From an uncultured Chloroflexia bacterium (GTDB taxonomy: Bacteria; Chloroflexota; Chloroflexia; Thermomicrobiales; UBA6265), in assembly GCA_963724295.1 (NCBI GenBank), contig CAVRUC010000007.1, positions 802,576-866,575 of the forward strand: a stretch of 64,000 bases of DNA, in the 5' to 3' direction. Numbering within the stretch: position 1 is the stretch's first letter; each line of letters starts with the position of its first letter. The translations under genes were made by a program, and so were the position numbers. The notes beneath the pieces were generated by a model. The model was not told the DNA's origin. It did not search any database and saw nothing but the letters and a program-made list of their open reading frames with translations. Shown here piece after piece: positions 36,520-47,055 of the stretch.

Positions 36520-37586
36520 GCACGAACCTCAACGCGGCTTCCCGTCCGCAGCGATTTCCGCACCGCATCCGCCACCGCCAGGTCGCCTACCGCGATCCGG
36601 CCCGCGGAGATCGGCTCGGTGTCGGTCGCCACGCAATCGGCAAAGTGCTCAACTTCGCCCAGATAGTTGGCGAACTCGGGCAGACCGGCCGGCACCACTT
36701 CGTGGCTGACCTTCTCGGACACCTGTCGCGGCTTCGCATCGGGCCATAGCTCGGCGTCGAGCCGACCAGCGATCAATTGCGTGATGTGCCCGGTCAGGTT
36801 GACCCGGCCGCGGGTGCCCTCCAATTCGTAGTTGGAGGAGGTAAAAGTGAAGTTGGCCTCGATCACCCCCGGCGTATCGTCATCAGTTAGATAACTGAAT
36901 ATGATCGAGTCGTACTCCGTCTTCCCATGCAACTGCTTGACTGTTCCGGTTGCCGAGACCAAACGCGGGCGTGAGCCAGTCAGCTCGCGCAGAGTGAAGA
37001 TCGAATAAACGCCGACGTCCAGCAGTGGGCCACCACCCAACTGGGGGTCGAGGCGCCAGGTGTTCGCCGTCGAGAGCGACTCGGGCGACATGCGATAGGA
37101 ATGGCGGCCCCGCGCCGACACAATGGTGCCGAGCGCTTCCGTCTCGACGAGCCGCTTCGCCGCCTGGAACGCGGGGTTGAAGAGCGTCATATAGGCCACC
37201 ATGAGCTTCACACCCGCGCGGTCGGCAGCCTCGACCATCTCACAGCCTTGTGCCGCGTCGAGGGCCATCGGCTTCTCGACGAGGACGTGCTTACCAGCCG
37301 CGGCGGCGGCAATGGTCTGCTCAGCGTGAAGATGGTTCGGCGTGGCGATGTAGACCGCCTCGACGCCGGGATCTCCGAGGATGCCTTCGATTGTGTCATA
37401 GGTTGCCGCGCCAGGTGCTTTCAGCAGTGCACGCGCTACCCGTTCGTGGTCGGGATCGAAAAGCGCAACGACATCGCCATTCTGCGCCAGATTGAGTGCG
37501 GGGAGAATTCGATCGTGCGCGATCTGCCCACAGCCGATGATTCCCCAGCGCAGCTTTTCCAGTTCCGTCACCGTGCGATCCCTCAC
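36516..37586 (-). CDS. Gfo/Idh/MocA oxidoreductase
   Basis: GCGQIA, ATPNHLH, VEKPMA, GGGPLLDVGVY. Confidence 0.93.
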   Translation of the reverse strand: MRDRTVTELEKLRWGIIGCGQIAHDRILPALNLAQNGDVVALFDPDHERVARALLKAPGAATYDTIEGILGDPGVEAVYIATPNHLHAEQTIAAAAAGKHVLVEKPMALDAAQGCEMVEAADRAGVKLMVAYMTLFNPAFQAAKRLVETEALGTIVSARGRHSYRMSPESLSTANTWRLDPQLGGGPLLDVGVYSIFTLRELTGSRPRLVSATGTVKQLHGKTEYDSIIFSYLTDDDTPGVIEANFTFTSSNYELEGTRGRVNLTGHITQLIAGRLDAELWPDAKPRQVSEKVSHEVVPAGLPEFANYLGEVEHFADCVATDTEPISAGRIAVGDLAVADAVRKSLRTGSRVEVRA

Positions 37587-38443
37587 GCCACTGGCGCTTT
37601 AACAGCCCGGCTGTACCAATCCGCCATGTACCGCGCGCACTCACGCACGGCCTCGTCTTCCTCGTCTGGACCCCCGCTGTCGAGATCCATCTCCATTGCC
37701 AGCACAAATCGGTCACGCGTCTCGCCAACTCGCACCAGTTCGTCGAGAATCGGCGGGAAGTCGAGCTTGCCCCGGCCAATTGGTACGCTCGTGAAGACGC
37801 CACCGCGCAGGTCGTAGTCACGCACGTGTGCGTGGAAGGTGTATGGCGCCACCTTTCGCGTCGCCTCGAGTGGGTCTTCGTCCAGCAGCAGCCAGTTGCC
37901 GGTGTCGTTGTGCAGACCGACGTTGGGGCGGTCGAGGCGATGAAAGATCTCCAGGAAATCTTCGCTGGTGAAGTAGTCGTAGTTTTCGGTGGTGACGATC
38001 ATCCCGTATTCGGCCGCGGCGTCGGCCAATCGTCCCACCTGCTCGACGGCGAGACGAATGCGGCCATCGCGGTTGACCCGCCCGCCATAGCCAAAGTAGA
38101 AGAGGCCCAGCGGCGATCCCAGCTGGTGGGCGACCTCGAGATTCGCGATCGCTTTCGCCAGCGGCGGTTCCGAGATGTCGCTGTCCGCATGGAGATTCAA
38201 CGAGCCGACGATGACCGTCGGCACGAGGCCACGCTCAGCCAGCCGTCCCCGCAGATCCTCGAGATAGGCAGCGTCGGTGCTGGACAACCCCCCGACCCCG
38301 AAATCGACGCCGAACGGACGCGTGGCGATCTCTTCGGCGACCGCCGAGACCTTGTCGATGATGATGTCAACGGGTGGACGATCCTGCGGCTTGCGCAGCT
38401 GGCGCCGGTAGGAATCCCCGAGGACGCCGAGCATCACGGACAT
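37583..38443 (-). CDS. Sugar phosphate isomerase/epimerase (TIM barrel)
   Basis: TTEN, HNDTGNW, HAHVRD, G.G.LDF, AME. Confidence 0.82.
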   Translation of the reverse strand: MSVMLGVLGDSYRRQLRKPQDRPPVDIIIDKVSAVAEEIATRPFGVDFGVGGLSSTDAAYLEDLRGRLAERGLVPTVIVGSLNLHADSDISEPPLAKAIANLEVAHQLGSPLGLFYFGYGGRVNRDGRIRLAVEQVGRLADAAAEYGMIVTTENYDYFTSEDFLEIFHRLDRPNVGLHNDTGNWLLLDEDPLEATRKVAPYTFHAHVRDYDLRGGVFTSVPIGRGKLDFPPILDELVRVGETRDRFVLAMEMDLDSGGPDEEDEAVRECARYMADWYSRAVKAPVA

Positions 38444-38550
38444 GCAACCTCTCCCGTCAATCGTTGCGATTAAGCAGCGCGCCAGCACACTACGCCGGTT
38501 GGGGATGCCTCCCCAGCCGTCTCGTGTGCCGCGCCGGCGGCCCGACCGAT

Positions 38551-39426
38551 CTAGACTCCGACCTGCTGCAGCGCCCGCATTCGCTCCTGGACGTAGGGCA
38601 CGTCGATCCGGTAGTAGTCGAGCGCCTCCTCCGCGTTGACATGCGGCTCGAGGGTCACATAGCCTGTGTAGCCGTCCTGGGCCAACCGGCGCAGGACACC
38701 GTCGGCATTGACGACGCCGTCCGGAATCGACGTGTAGCCAATGAAGCGGTCCGTGCTGCCGCGCATCGTGCCACCTTGCTTGTCACCGGGCCGGGCCACC
38801 GGATCGTAGAGACAGCCACCCTTGAGATGGACGTAACGGATGTACGGTTTGACCTGCTCGTAGGCGGCCGGGTAGGGCTCCTCGTTGGCATGGTAATAGT
38901 TGCAGGGGTCGTACTGCGTGCCGAAGTGCGGCGATCCGATCGCCTCGACAATCGCGCGCACGCTAGCGGCCGGACCGGAGTCGTCGTGCGCCTCGTTTTC
39001 GAGGACGACCGTCACGCCGGCGTTCCCCGCGTACTCGGCCGCCGGTTGCGCCGCCGCCACGAAGAGCTCGGGGACGATCCCCGCAAGGTAGCAGTTGACG
39101 ATGGGAGCGCCAAGTGCCGCGGCCGCATCGACCGCGCCCTTGAGCGCTCCGGTGCCGTAGCCTGCGCCCGCCTCCTCGCATTTCTTGAGGATCCCGAACC
39201 CGAGTGTGACGCAGGCAACTGACATACCACGCTCATCGAGCAGTCGCCGCGTACCCGCGACATCTTTCTTCTCGTAGCGCTGCTCCTCCTCTGGCCCGGC
39301 CCCACCAGGCACATTGCGTGGCCACAACTCGACGGCGTCGACGTCGAGTGATTGCAAAACGTCGACGATTTCGGATAACGAGTGCGTTTGTGAGAGCAAT
39401 TGCCCGGAGACTCCGAGTCTCACCAT
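38551..39426 (-). CDS. Sugar phosphate isomerase/epimerase (TIM barrel)
   Basis: VELW, LENE, YDPCN, VHLK, GY.G..TLEPH. Confidence 0.85.
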   Translation of the reverse strand: MVRLGVSGQLLSQTHSLSEIVDVLQSLDVDAVELWPRNVPGGAGPEEEQRYEKKDVAGTRRLLDERGMSVACVTLGFGILKKCEEAGAGYGTGALKGAVDAAAALGAPIVNCYLAGIVPELFVAAAQPAAEYAGNAGVTVVLENEAHDDSGPAASVRAIVEAIGSPHFGTQYDPCNYYHANEEPYPAAYEQVKPYIRYVHLKGGCLYDPVARPGDKQGGTMRGSTDRFIGYTSIPDGVVNADGVLRRLAQDGYTGYVTLEPHVNAEEALDYYRIDVPYVQERMRALQQVGV

Positions 39427-39538
39427 TCCTCCTCTTGAGCCTAGGACATCGGCGCCCAGACGACCGATTTCCAGATTCTCATGATGCACGTTGGATTCTG
39501 GGGCCGGCCCATCCCGTCAACCTGCCCCAGCGGTAACG

Positions 39539-40903
39539 TTACGCCTCGATGTTGTCGAGGAACGCTTGCGTTTCTTCGTGGATCTGCTGCAGGACTCCCG
39601 CAACATCACTCGTGGCATTCGCCCAGAGTTGATCCATGTTCTTCTTGTAGATGGTGGAGTCCCACTGCTGATAGCCCGGGAAGTAGAGAGGGGCGACACC
39701 GTCGCGCGAGCCCAGGGTGTAGAAGACCTCCTTGTAGACCTCGGGGTCAGCTTGCTCCGGGTCGGGCAGCGCGTCTTCCCAGAATTCCATGCGCGAAACG
39801 AACATCGATCCCATCTCGGCCGTGATCGGGGCAGTCGACGGGTCGGTGGCCATGAATTTCAGGGCCTCATAGGAGATATCGGGGAATGCGGCGGTCGTGG
39901 GAATCGAGAAGCCGGACCCACCGACGAACTGGAAGCGCCCGTCCACGCCGCTGGGCGTCGGGGCCATCGTCCATTCGGCGTCGTCGCCGACGACTTCGCT
40001 GAAGACGAACGCCTCGTCATTGAGGGAATACATGATCCCGACCAGACCACTAGCGAACGCCACCGAATTGGCCAACCCCATTTCTTCGAGCGAATCCGGT
40101 CCTGGGAAAACCCCATGGGTCCAGATGCCATCGTAGAGGTACTGGTATGCCGCGATGGTGTTCGGATCGTTAAAATGCGAGGTCAGCGGATCGGCGGTGA
40201 CCTGGTTGCCGCCGAAGCTGCGCACAATCCAGCCGGTATCGTGCGACTGCGTCGGCATGCGGACTCCCCACACCTCATCCGGGTTGGGCGCACTCTCTTT
40301 GATCTTCAACGCCGCTTCAAGGAGTTGGTCGAAGGTCCACTCCGCCGTCGGCGTCTCTACCTCAGCGCGATCGAGCACCGTCAGGTTGACGTAGAAGCCG
40401 CCGGCTGCCCAGTCATAGGGAATCGCGTACTGCACACCGTTGTAACGAAACGCGTCGACCTGGGACTGGTAGAAATCGTCCGGCCAGCCCTCCGGCGGCT
40501 CCGCCGCGATGTAGTCATCGAGCGGCACTAGCATGCCAAGCTGGGCATACGACTGGGCGCGAGAATCATGCATCCAGCACATGTCGAGCTGCGCGCCACC
40601 AGCAACCGTGGTCTGCAGCTTCGTCCAGTACTCCTCCCAGGAGATGCCGTAGTCGATCTGGACCTCCATGTTCGGGTAGTTATCGGCGAAGAACGTGTCG
40701 ATGTGCTGTTGCCACTTCCGCATCTCGGCTTCGGTTTCCCAGCTCATAGCGCGGAAGCTACCGGTCTGGTCGGACTGCGCCGCCAGGGACGGCTTGACGA
40801 ACGTGTTCGGGATGAGAAGTCCCGCGCCGGCCGCGGATCCCGCCTGAAGCATCTGCCGCCGGGTGAACTGGCGCTGCCTGTCTCGGCGCATCGGGGATGT
40901 CAT
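39539..40903 (-). CDS. Carbohydrate ABC solute-binding protein with Tat signal
   Basis: TRRQML, YAIPYD, WTFDQL, GGSGFSI. Confidence 0.9.
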   Translation of the reverse strand: MTSPMRRDRQRQFTRRQMLQAGSAAGAGLLIPNTFVKPSLAAQSDQTGSFRAMSWETEAEMRKWQQHIDTFFADNYPNMEVQIDYGISWEEYWTKLQTTVAGGAQLDMCWMHDSRAQSYAQLGMLVPLDDYIAAEPPEGWPDDFYQSQVDAFRYNGVQYAIPYDWAAGGFYVNLTVLDRAEVETPTAEWTFDQLLEAALKIKESAPNPDEVWGVRMPTQSHDTGWIVRSFGGNQVTADPLTSHFNDPNTIAAYQYLYDGIWTHGVFPGPDSLEEMGLANSVAFASGLVGIMYSLNDEAFVFSEVVGDDAEWTMAPTPSGVDGRFQFVGGSGFSIPTTAAFPDISYEALKFMATDPSTAPITAEMGSMFVSRMEFWEDALPDPEQADPEVYKEVFYTLGSRDGVAPLYFPGYQQWDSTIYKKNMDQLWANATSDVAGVLQQIHEETQAFLDNIEA

Positions 40904-41056
40904 TTCGCTACTCCCTTTGTCGTCAAACCGCCTGATCCCTCGAGCTACACCCTGGACCTCGGAACCGCCTTACGTCATCGACCGCTCCTTCGCTCCCGGC
41001 GCAACGCCACCAACCCGGTCCTTTCTGGCCGCCCGTTCCTCGACTCCTCGACCTGA

Positions 41057-41926
41057 CTACCCTTTCAACCCCGTCGTCGCGATGCCGCGCACGTAGTACT
41101 TCTGCCCGAGCACGAACACGAGCAGCACAGGGATCACTGAGAACGTGGCCGCGGCCATGACCAGTTGCCAGGGGGTCTTGATCGGAACCTGTGCCTGGAA
41201 CATGGTCAGTCCCAACGGCAGCGTCTTGTTCTCAACCGAGCTGATCATGATCAACGGCCAGAGGAAATCGTTCCAACTGCCGAGGAAGGTGAAGATGCCG
41301 AGCGTGGCCACCACCGGCCGGCTCAGCGGCATGATGATCTGGAGGTAGATGCGCCAGAAGCTGGCTCCGTCCATGCGCGCCGCCTCCTCGATCTCACGAG
41401 GAATGGAGAGCATGAACTGACGCATGAGGAAGGTTCCCCAGGCGGTGAAAGCTGCGGGCAAAATGAGTCCGGCCAGGGTATCTACCAGACCAAGCTGTCG
41501 CATGAGAATGAAGAGAGGGATGATCAGCACCGGGAAAGGGATCATGATCGTCCCCAGATAGGCCAGGAAGAGCAGATCGCGGCCCGGGTAGCGCAGGCGA
41601 GCGAAGGAATAGCCGGCCATCGACGAGGTCAGCACCACCGCGATCGTCGTCGCGGCCGCCACGAAGAGGCTATTGAAGAAGAAGCGCGAGAAGGGAATCG
41701 CCTGCCAGGCTTCGGCGTAATTCGACCAGCGCAGAAGCTCCGGGAAGAAGCGGGGTGGGAAGGCGTAAACTTCGTCGAGCCCCTTGAACGAGGTCGAGAC
41801 CATCCACAGGAAGGGCACCATCCAGAAGACGCCGAGGAGCGTCAGTGCCACCCAGGCCATCCCATTGCCCAGCCATCGGCGCTGCGTATTGCCGAGACCC
41901 GGGCTGCGCTGGCTCATCGTTGCCAC
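41057..41926 (-). CDS. Carbohydrate ABC permease
   Basis: EEAARMDGA, WNDFLWPL, QKYYVRGI. Confidence 0.93.
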   Translation of the reverse strand: MATMSQRSPGLGNTQRRWLGNGMAWVALTLLGVFWMVPFLWMVSTSFKGLDEVYAFPPRFFPELLRWSNYAEAWQAIPFSRFFFNSLFVAAATTIAVVLTSSMAGYSFARLRYPGRDLLFLAYLGTIMIPFPVLIIPLFILMRQLGLVDTLAGLILPAAFTAWGTFLMRQFMLSIPREIEEAARMDGASFWRIYLQIIMPLSRPVVATLGIFTFLGSWNDFLWPLIMISSVENKTLPLGLTMFQAQVPIKTPWQLVMAAATFSVIPVLLVFVLGQKYYVRGIATTGLKG

Positions 41927-41944
41927 CTTCCGCCTTTCGCCATT

Positions 41945-42919
41945 TCAGCGATCGATTTCGTGCCCATACGCCCATGAGCGCGCGAACCGCCATTGCAACG
42001 CCGTGATGGCGAAGATGCTGGCAAAGAGCACCACGGCCACGGTCGCCGCGTACCCCATCTGGAACCACTCGAAGCCGTTCTGGAAGATGTACATGACCAG
42101 CGTCGTGGTGGCGTAAGCAGGACCACCCTGCGTCATCACGTAGAACTGGTCGAATGCTTGCATGGCCGCGATGAAGGACGTGACCAGGATGAAGAACGTC
42201 GTCGGGGCGAGGAGTGGGACCGTGATGTGGCGCAGCCGCTGGAAGGCGCTGGCACCGTCGATCGTCGCAGCTTCCTGCAACTCCTGCGGGATCGCCTGCA
42301 GACCAGCCAGGAAGATGAGCATCGCGTAGCCGATCCCCTTCCAGTTGCTCATGATGATGATGGCCGGCATTGCCCAGGTCGTGCTTTGCAGCCAGCGCGG
42401 CCCGTCGATCCCGACCAACCCCAACATGTAGTTCACGAGACCGAGCTCGGGGTGATAGATCCAGGCCCAGACGATGGCAATTGCCACCGTCAGCGTCACG
42501 TAGGGCAAGAAGAAGACGGTGCGGAAGAAGACGACGCCCCGCATCTTACGGTTCAGCAGCAGCGCCAGCCAGAAGGCGATGAAGACTCCAATTGGCACGG
42601 CCCCCAGCGTATAGGTCACCGTGTTGCGCGCCGTCTTCCAGAAGAGCTCGTCCGCAACAAGCTTTTGATAGTTCTCAAGGCCAACGAAAGTGCGCTCGCC
42701 GATGAGATCCCAATTGGTCAACGTTAGACCGAAGGTCGCGACGATGGGAATCAAGCTGAAGATGAGGAAACCGATCAGGTTTGGCAGCAGAAAGAGGTAA
42801 CCGGCAATCGTCTCCTCGCGCCGCAGCCCGCTGAACGCGCCGGTGCGATGCTTTGCTACAGCCGGGGTGCCCATGCGTGCCCGAGGATCTCGTGGCGGGG
42901 CGAGCGCGATGTCCTTCAC
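41945..42919 (-). CDS. Carbohydrate ABC permease
   Basis: FVGLENY, EAATIDGA, MTQGGP, MGYAA. Confidence 0.93.
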   Translation of the reverse strand: MKDIALAPPRDPRARMGTPAVAKHRTGAFSGLRREETIAGYLFLLPNLIGFLIFSLIPIVATFGLTLTNWDLIGERTFVGLENYQKLVADELFWKTARNTVTYTLGAVPIGVFIAFWLALLLNRKMRGVVFFRTVFFLPYVTLTVAIAIVWAWIYHPELGLVNYMLGLVGIDGPRWLQSTTWAMPAIIIMSNWKGIGYAMLIFLAGLQAIPQELQEAATIDGASAFQRLRHITVPLLAPTTFFILVTSFIAAMQAFDQFYVMTQGGPAYATTTLVMYIFQNGFEWFQMGYAATVAVVLFASIFAITALQWRFARSWAYGHEIDR

Positions 42920-43016
42920 GAGCGGTTCCAGCGGTGGACGCGACCCAGAGCCAAAAAGGAGCAGTCGGCGACGACGAACCGCTGTCGCGTCATACCAGAG
43001 GGGCTGAAGTTTGCGC

Positions 43017-43090
43017 TGGATTTCACCATGTGAAAGCAGCTTTCATTTGATCGAGGTGGCTAGTGTATGAAGTGCGGGAGCCGCTGTCAA
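43017..43090 (-). promoter_or_regulatory. sigma70 promoter with IclR-type operator (site 1)
   Basis: Minus strand TTGACA (43090-43085), 17 bp, TACACT (43067-43062); TGGATTTCA-N5-TGAAA-N5-TTTCA at 43017-43045. Confidence 0.72.
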
Positions 43091-43165
43091 GCAGGGTGAT
43101 TGAGATCGAACGAAGGTTTCAGTTGAGGCTTGGCGTGGCGGCCTCGGCCCGTGAGACGACAATGC

Positions 43166-44158
43166 TCACCAGAGCGCCGCTCCCTCGATACGTCGCGCGA
43201 GCTGATTGACCACGACGATGAGAATCAGCGCGATCACCGATTGGAAGAGCCCGATCGCGGCGGCGTAGGAGAACTGCGGTAGCGGCGAATTCAAACCGAC
43301 GTGGTAGACGTAGGTGTCGATCACCTCGGAGACGGGACGGTTGATGTCGTTTTGCAGAAGCAGCACCTTCTCGAAACCGGCGCTGAGGATAGCGCCCATC
43401 TCCAGCACCAGCAGCACGATGGCGACCGGCATGATGGCCGGCAGATCGATGTCGCGAATGCGCCGCAAGCGGTTGGCGCCGTCGATGATCGCCGCCTCAT
43501 GCAATGTCGGATCGACGGCCGTCAGGGCGGCAAGGTAGATGATGCAACTGAAGCCCAGGTACTGCCAGACGCTTGACCAGACGAAGATGTGCCGGAAGTA
43601 GGAGGCATTGCCCATGAAGTTGGCCGGGGTGACACCGACGAGTGCGAGAAGCTGGTTGACGAGACCGTAGCGCGGGTCGAGCACGATGAAGATGATGCCG
43701 ACCATGACGACCACGGAGATGAAATACGGCGCGTAACCGACCATCTGCACCGTCCGCTGAAACCAGGCTTGCCGGACGTTGTTCAGCGACAACGCCAGCA
43801 TGATTGGTAGCGGGAACCCGGCCGCCAGACTATAGATGCTCAGGATCAGCGTGTTCTTGATGATCTGCCAGAAGTTGTACGAGCTGACGAAGCGCTCGAA
43901 ATGCGCCAACCCGACCCACGGGCTGCCGGTAATGCCATCGACGACGTTGAAATTGCGAAAGGCGATCTGCACCCCGTACATCGGCCAGTAGTGAAAGATG
44001 AGCAGGTAGAGGACCGGCAGCAAGAGCATCACGTAGAGCTGCCAGGTACGCTTGATCTCTCGCCAGGTTTGCACTCCCCGCCGCGCTGGCGCCTGATCCC
44101 GTGGGGGGTGTGCCGCCGGGATTTCGGTGCGGGCCGTGGAGGACGTCGCCATCCGCAT
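43166..44158 (-). CDS. Oligosaccharide ABC permease (LplB/YteP-like)
   Basis: YWPMYGVQIAF, SPWVGL, PYFISVVV, EAAIIDGA, EVIDTYVY. Confidence 0.92.
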   Translation of the reverse strand: MRMATSSTARTEIPAAHPPRDQAPARRGVQTWREIKRTWQLYVMLLLPVLYLLIFHYWPMYGVQIAFRNFNVVDGITGSPWVGLAHFERFVSSYNFWQIIKNTLILSIYSLAAGFPLPIMLALSLNNVRQAWFQRTVQMVGYAPYFISVVVMVGIIFIVLDPRYGLVNQLLALVGVTPANFMGNASYFRHIFVWSSVWQYLGFSCIIYLAALTAVDPTLHEAAIIDGANRLRRIRDIDLPAIMPVAIVLLVLEMGAILSAGFEKVLLLQNDINRPVSEVIDTYVYHVGLNSPLPQFSYAAAIGLFQSVIALILIVVVNQLARRIEGAALW

Positions 44159-44170
44159 TGCCGGCTCCGC

Positions 44171-45085
44171 CTAGCCCTTGAGGGACCCGATCAGGGCCCC
44201 CTTGACGAAGTGCTTCTGCACGAATGGGTAAACGAGCAGGAGGGGCACGGTGGCAACCACGATCAGCGCGTACTTGAGCAAATCGGCCAGATTCTCTCGG
44301 GCCAACATGCTCTGGATGTCGCCGGTCATCTGCAGGTTCGTCTGGTTTTGCACCAGGATCTGTCGTAGCACGAGTTGCAGCGGGTAGAGCGATTCGTCTT
44401 GCAGGTAGATCAGCGCGTCGAAATAGGCGTTCCAGTGCCCAACCGCGTAGAAGAGGCCGTTGACCGCCACGATCGGACCGGAGAGGGGCAGGACGACGTC
44501 ACGCAAAAAGCGGAAATCGCTCGCGCCGTCGAGCCTGGCCGCATCGAGCAGCTCACCGGGAATGGTGATCTGGAAGTAGGTGCGCGTGATGATGACATTC
44601 CAAACCGAAAGGGCTGCGGGCAGAATGAGCGCCCAGCGGGTATTGAGTAAGCCAAGATCGCGCACGACGAGGTAGGTTGGTATGAGGCCACCGCTGAAGA
44701 GCGTCGTGAAAAAGAAGAAGAACATGATCCAACCACGGCCGCGCAGATCGGGGCGCGAGAGGGGATAGGCCGCCAGGAGCGTCAGCACGATATTCACGGC
44801 GGTGCCGGCGACGGCGTAGAAGATCGAGTTCAGGAACCCCCGCACGATCGCCGGATCCTTGAAGATCGTCTCGTAGGCGATCGCGGTCGGCTCGACCGGC
44901 CAGAGCTGGACCCGCCCTGAGGTCACCGCCGCGGGGCTGCTGAACGAGGCGCTGAGGAGGTAGACCAGCGGGTAGAGCACGATCACCAGGTAGACGGCCA
45001 ACAGGATGTAGTTGAAACCGATAATTATTCTGTCGCCGCGGGTGTCCTTGATCGCGCTCGCTGCCAATACCGTCTCCCTGGCCAC
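44171..45085 (-). CDS. Oligosaccharide ABC permease (LplC/YtcP-like)
   Basis: FSGGLIPTY, AVGHWNAYF, YPFVQKHFVKG. Confidence 0.92.
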   Translation of the reverse strand: MARETVLAASAIKDTRGDRIIIGFNYILLAVYLVIVLYPLVYLLSASFSSPAAVTSGRVQLWPVEPTAIAYETIFKDPAIVRGFLNSIFYAVAGTAVNIVLTLLAAYPLSRPDLRGRGWIMFFFFFTTLFSGGLIPTYLVVRDLGLLNTRWALILPAALSVWNVIITRTYFQITIPGELLDAARLDGASDFRFLRDVVLPLSGPIVAVNGLFYAVGHWNAYFDALIYLQDESLYPLQLVLRQILVQNQTNLQMTGDIQSMLARENLADLLKYALIVVATVPLLLVYPFVQKHFVKGALIGSLKG

Positions 45086-45114
45086 ACCGAGCGTAGGGCG
45101 CGGTGCGTAAGACG

Positions 45115-45200
45115 TGTCATTCCGACGGAGGAGGAATCTCGTTCGTGCTTATGCGGACGCGACGCAACGAGATCTCTCTGTACGTTGCCTCGGGATAACA
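45115..45200. repeat. Degenerate palindromic (REP/RPE-like) element TGTCATTCCGA...TCGGGATAACA
   Basis: Outer arms TGTCATTCCGA/TCGGGATAACA and inner ATCTCGTT/AACGAGAT, just 3' of the SBP gene. Confidence 0.6.
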
Positions 45201-45216
45201 CCAGATGCCGTCGTGT

Positions 45217-47043
45217 CTAGCCGCCGTACTTCGCGTCGTGCGCCTCCTGGTAGACCTGGAGGTAGGGGGCGAGCCCCATGCCATCGAGCGTGGCCAGGTA
45301 CTGATCCCATTCGGCGTCGATGTCACCCTCGCCGCGCACGAAGCGGGTGAACGTCTCCTTCACGAACTGAACAATGGTTGCTTCCGGATCAGCGATGGCG
45401 ATCGCCTGCTCCTCGGTGAACGCCAGCGGTGGCAGAACCATCTCTGCCGGCTGCTTGTACGGCTCGTACGCCTCCTCCGTCAGCGATGCCAGCAGGAATT
45501 CGAGGTCGATGGACTCAGGATCGACCGCCTGTGATTCCCACAGGGAGCGAGAGATGAACTTGGGTCCGGTTCCCTGCCAGGCGTGGTCGGTCGGCTCGTC
45601 GGTGAACAGACGCAGGATCTTCCAGACCGCCTGCTCGTCGTTGTAGTCCGTCTCGCCTTCCTCCGCCCAGCGCCAGTCCTCGCCCAGCACGCCGCGCTCG
45701 GAGCGCAGCGTCGCCTCGCGGTCGTACTGCGCGTCGATCCAGCGCACCGCCAATGCCGGGTCCTTGCAGGCATTGGTGAGGACGATGGCCGGCTCTCCGG
45801 TGGCCGGACCCCAGGCCGCGTAGCGAACGCCTTCCGGACCCTCCAGTGGTGGCACGGGGACGTAGTCGGTCCAGCGCGTCTCCTCCAGACTTTCGTCGAC
45901 AGCGATGAAGACGCCCATCCAGCCCGCAGGCGCGGAGCCCAGGATCACCTCGTCCGGGTTGTTGCCGAGCCGCTGCAGACCATCGAGGTCCTGCGTGAAG
46001 GACTGTGGGTCGATCAGCCCTTGCGCGTAGAGCCGCTGCAGGTACTTGAGACCCTCTTTCCACTGCGGCGTGTTGTAGGCCGGTGTGACCTGGCCATCCT
46101 GGAGACTCAACCAGGGACCGGTGGCATCTTCTCCAGGGTTGTAGATGAAGGAGTTCATGAAGAAGAGGTCTAGACTGTTTTGCCAGCCCTCGGCGTCGAT
46201 CGTGGTCGAGAGGGGGATCTCGTCCGCCTCGCCGTTGCCGTTCGGGTCCCCCTCCTTGAAGGCCAGCAGCACCTGCTCGAACTCTTCCGTGGTCTGGGGC
46301 ATCTCCAGCCCCAGCGCGTCGAGCCACGGCTGGTAGATCCATAGCTTCTGTGACATCGAACAGTGATAGCAGTCCTCGAGCGTCAACATCCCGTAGATGT
46401 TGCCGTCGGGCGCCGTCAACACCTCCCGCATCCCAGGGTAGATCTCGAACGCCTTCTTGAGGTTGGGAGCATGCTCCTCGATCAGGTCGTTGAGGGGCAG
46501 GAAGAGTCCCTGGCTACCGTACAGCGCCTGCTGCGATGGCGAAACGATGCCGAAGATCATCTCCGGGATGTCGCCACTGGCCAGCATCAGATTGAGCTGA
46601 CCCTCGGCCTCTTCCTCCGGCACCAATTGCCAGTCGATGTGAACATTCGTCTTCTTTTCCAGCCAGTCGCTATAGCGGTTGTCCTCAAAGGAAGAAACCC
46701 CGGCATTTTGCATCGTGACCACCGAGAAGCTCACCGGCTCCGCCGTCAGCGGCCCGGCGATCGGCACCACGATATCGCCTTCGTGGACGGGGATGTAGTC
46801 CGGCGGTGGGGATACCGCGGTCGGATCGTCCTGGGCCGCGACTGGGGTCACTCCTCCCTCAGGCTGAACGCCCGTGACACCGGCCGCGATCCCGAGCGCA
46901 GCCGCTCCCCTGAGCACGTCACGGCGAGAATGCTTCTCTGCAGCCGCCTGAAACTGACCGTGACCGTTCTTGCACCTCATATCTGACCTCCTTGTCAGCC
47001 AGTTACTGGAATCGAGACGATCGAGCTTTCTCTCCTCGACCAC
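45217..47043 (-). CDS. Oligosaccharide ABC solute-binding protein (LplA-like), Tat signal
   Basis: SRRDVL, LEKKTNV, WLDALGL..P.T, DPNGNG.ADEIP; start uncertain. Confidence 0.9.
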   Translation of the reverse strand: MVEERKLDRLDSSNWLTRRSDMRCKNGHGQFQAAAEKHSRRDVLRGAAALGIAAGVTGVQPEGGVTPVAAQDDPTAVSPPPDYIPVHEGDIVVPIAGPLTAEPVSFSVVTMQNAGVSSFEDNRYSDWLEKKTNVHIDWQLVPEEEAEGQLNLMLASGDIPEMIFGIVSPSQQALYGSQGLFLPLNDLIEEHAPNLKKAFEIYPGMREVLTAPDGNIYGMLTLEDCYHCSMSQKLWIYQPWLDALGLEMPQTTEEFEQVLLAFKEGDPNGNGEADEIPLSTTIDAEGWQNSLDLFFMNSFIYNPGEDATGPWLSLQDGQVTPAYNTPQWKEGLKYLQRLYAQGLIDPQSFTQDLDGLQRLGNNPDEVILGSAPAGWMGVFIAVDESLEETRWTDYVPVPPLEGPEGVRYAAWGPATGEPAIVLTNACKDPALAVRWIDAQYDREATLRSERGVLGEDWRWAEEGETDYNDEQAVWKILRLFTDEPTDHAWQGTGPKFISRSLWESQAVDPESIDLEFLLASLTEEAYEPYKQPAEMVLPPLAFTEEQAIAIADPEATIVQFVKETFTRFVRGEGDIDAEWDQYLATLDGMGLAPYLQVYQEAHDAKYGG

Positions 47044-47055
47044 AATGTGTGCGGG